This document shows, in pieces, positions 63,616-64,000 of a DNA stretch of 64,000 bases; position 1 is the stretch's first letter, and every line of letters begins with the position of its first letter. The stretch comes from an uncultured virus (IMG/VR IMGVR_UViG_3300032285_001110) (taxonomy: Duplodnaviria > Heunggongvirae > Uroviricota > Caudoviricetes), in IMG/VR virus record IMGVR_UViG_3300032285_001110. One strand, given 5' to 3'. The position numbers were made by a program, and so were the translations under genes. The notes below the pieces were generated by a model, which made no database searches, was not told the origin of the DNA, and saw only the letters and a list, made by a program, of their open reading frames with translations.

Positions 63616-64000
63616 TTAGTTGGTGTAAACCTTGTTGATTGCCTGGTCGGTGATGATACCTAGACCCCAGATGGAGTACCATGCTAGTGCGTGCTCACGA
63701 CCAAAGTCAAGAACACCACCATCACGAAGCTCAACTGGAAGTGCGATAGCGTGACCGAATGCGTTGTCACCAATCATAATCGACTCGTAGACAGTTGCCG
63801 AACCGTTAACGGTACCGTTAGCACCACCGTTAGGGTTAGCTGCAGCTGGGTAAGCCGATGGGTTACCACCAGCACCTGGGTCAGTGTTAGCAAGAACTGG
63901 AACACCAGTCTGGCCGTAGCTGTTACCCGAAGCGTTGATGTCACCAACAGACGAGGTGTAGTTGATAACCGAGTTAGCAGCGAAGCTGTTAACCTGAGTG
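63616..64000 (-). CDS. Major capsid protein (N4-gp56-like), C-terminal part only
   Basis: Manual translation ...VYESIMIGDNAFGHAIALPVELRDGGVLDFGREHALAWYSIWGLGIITDQAINKVYTN*; position at the head of the morphogenesis module. Confidence 0.85.
   Translation of the reverse strand, partial: TQVNSFAANSVINYTSSVGDINASGNSYGQTGVPVLANTDPGAGGNPSAYPAAANPNGGANGTVNGSATVYESIMIGDNAFGHAIALPVELRDGGVLDFGREHALAWYSIWGLGIITDQAINKVYTN

Noticed and set aside
1..64000. tRNA/tmRNA genes, integrase or attachment sites
   Set aside because: Intergenic gaps are short and I saw no cloverleaf or T-loop pattern and no recombinase; tRNAscan-SE or ARAGORN would confirm.

Overview
A 64-kb segment of a tailed dsDNA phage with a contractile tail (myovirus-like). 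It most likely infects a moderate-GC actinobacterium: it carries WhiB, an actinobacterial-style NrdR box and candidate leaderless starts. A freshwater host is inference only. Essentially all real genes are on the minus strand and tightly packed, often with TAATG/GTGA overlaps. In transcription order (right to left) the window holds: the 3' end of the major capsid gene; head-tail adaptor; about 16 kb of fibre/adhesin-like genes; neck; a cluster of small basic proteins; tail terminator, sheath, tube and chaperone; a tape measure protein with an M23 peptidase; baseplate genes; replication (HTH protein, DnaC-like, DnaB, primase, SNF2 helicase, gp32-like SSB, family A polymerase); recombination and regulation (RecA, two resolvase-like nucleases, WhiB, Cas4-like nuclease, dNMP kinase, SpoVS); about 6.5 kb of unknown genes; a nucleotidyltransferase / exported HNH / HAD-like / TGT-like cluster; and a class II ribonucleotide reductase cut by the window edge. 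The best candidate for an undescribed system is the NTase + HAD-like + divergent TGT-fold module at 1744-5223. Other notable signals are a probable +1 frameshift (TTT-CGG) in the tail chaperone, two terminators with anti-Shine-Dalgarno loops, a 31-nt promoter-like motif found three times, an NrdR box before nrdJ, and an RBS-occluding hairpin before spoVS. All protein assignments come from motif recognition by eye; no searches were run.
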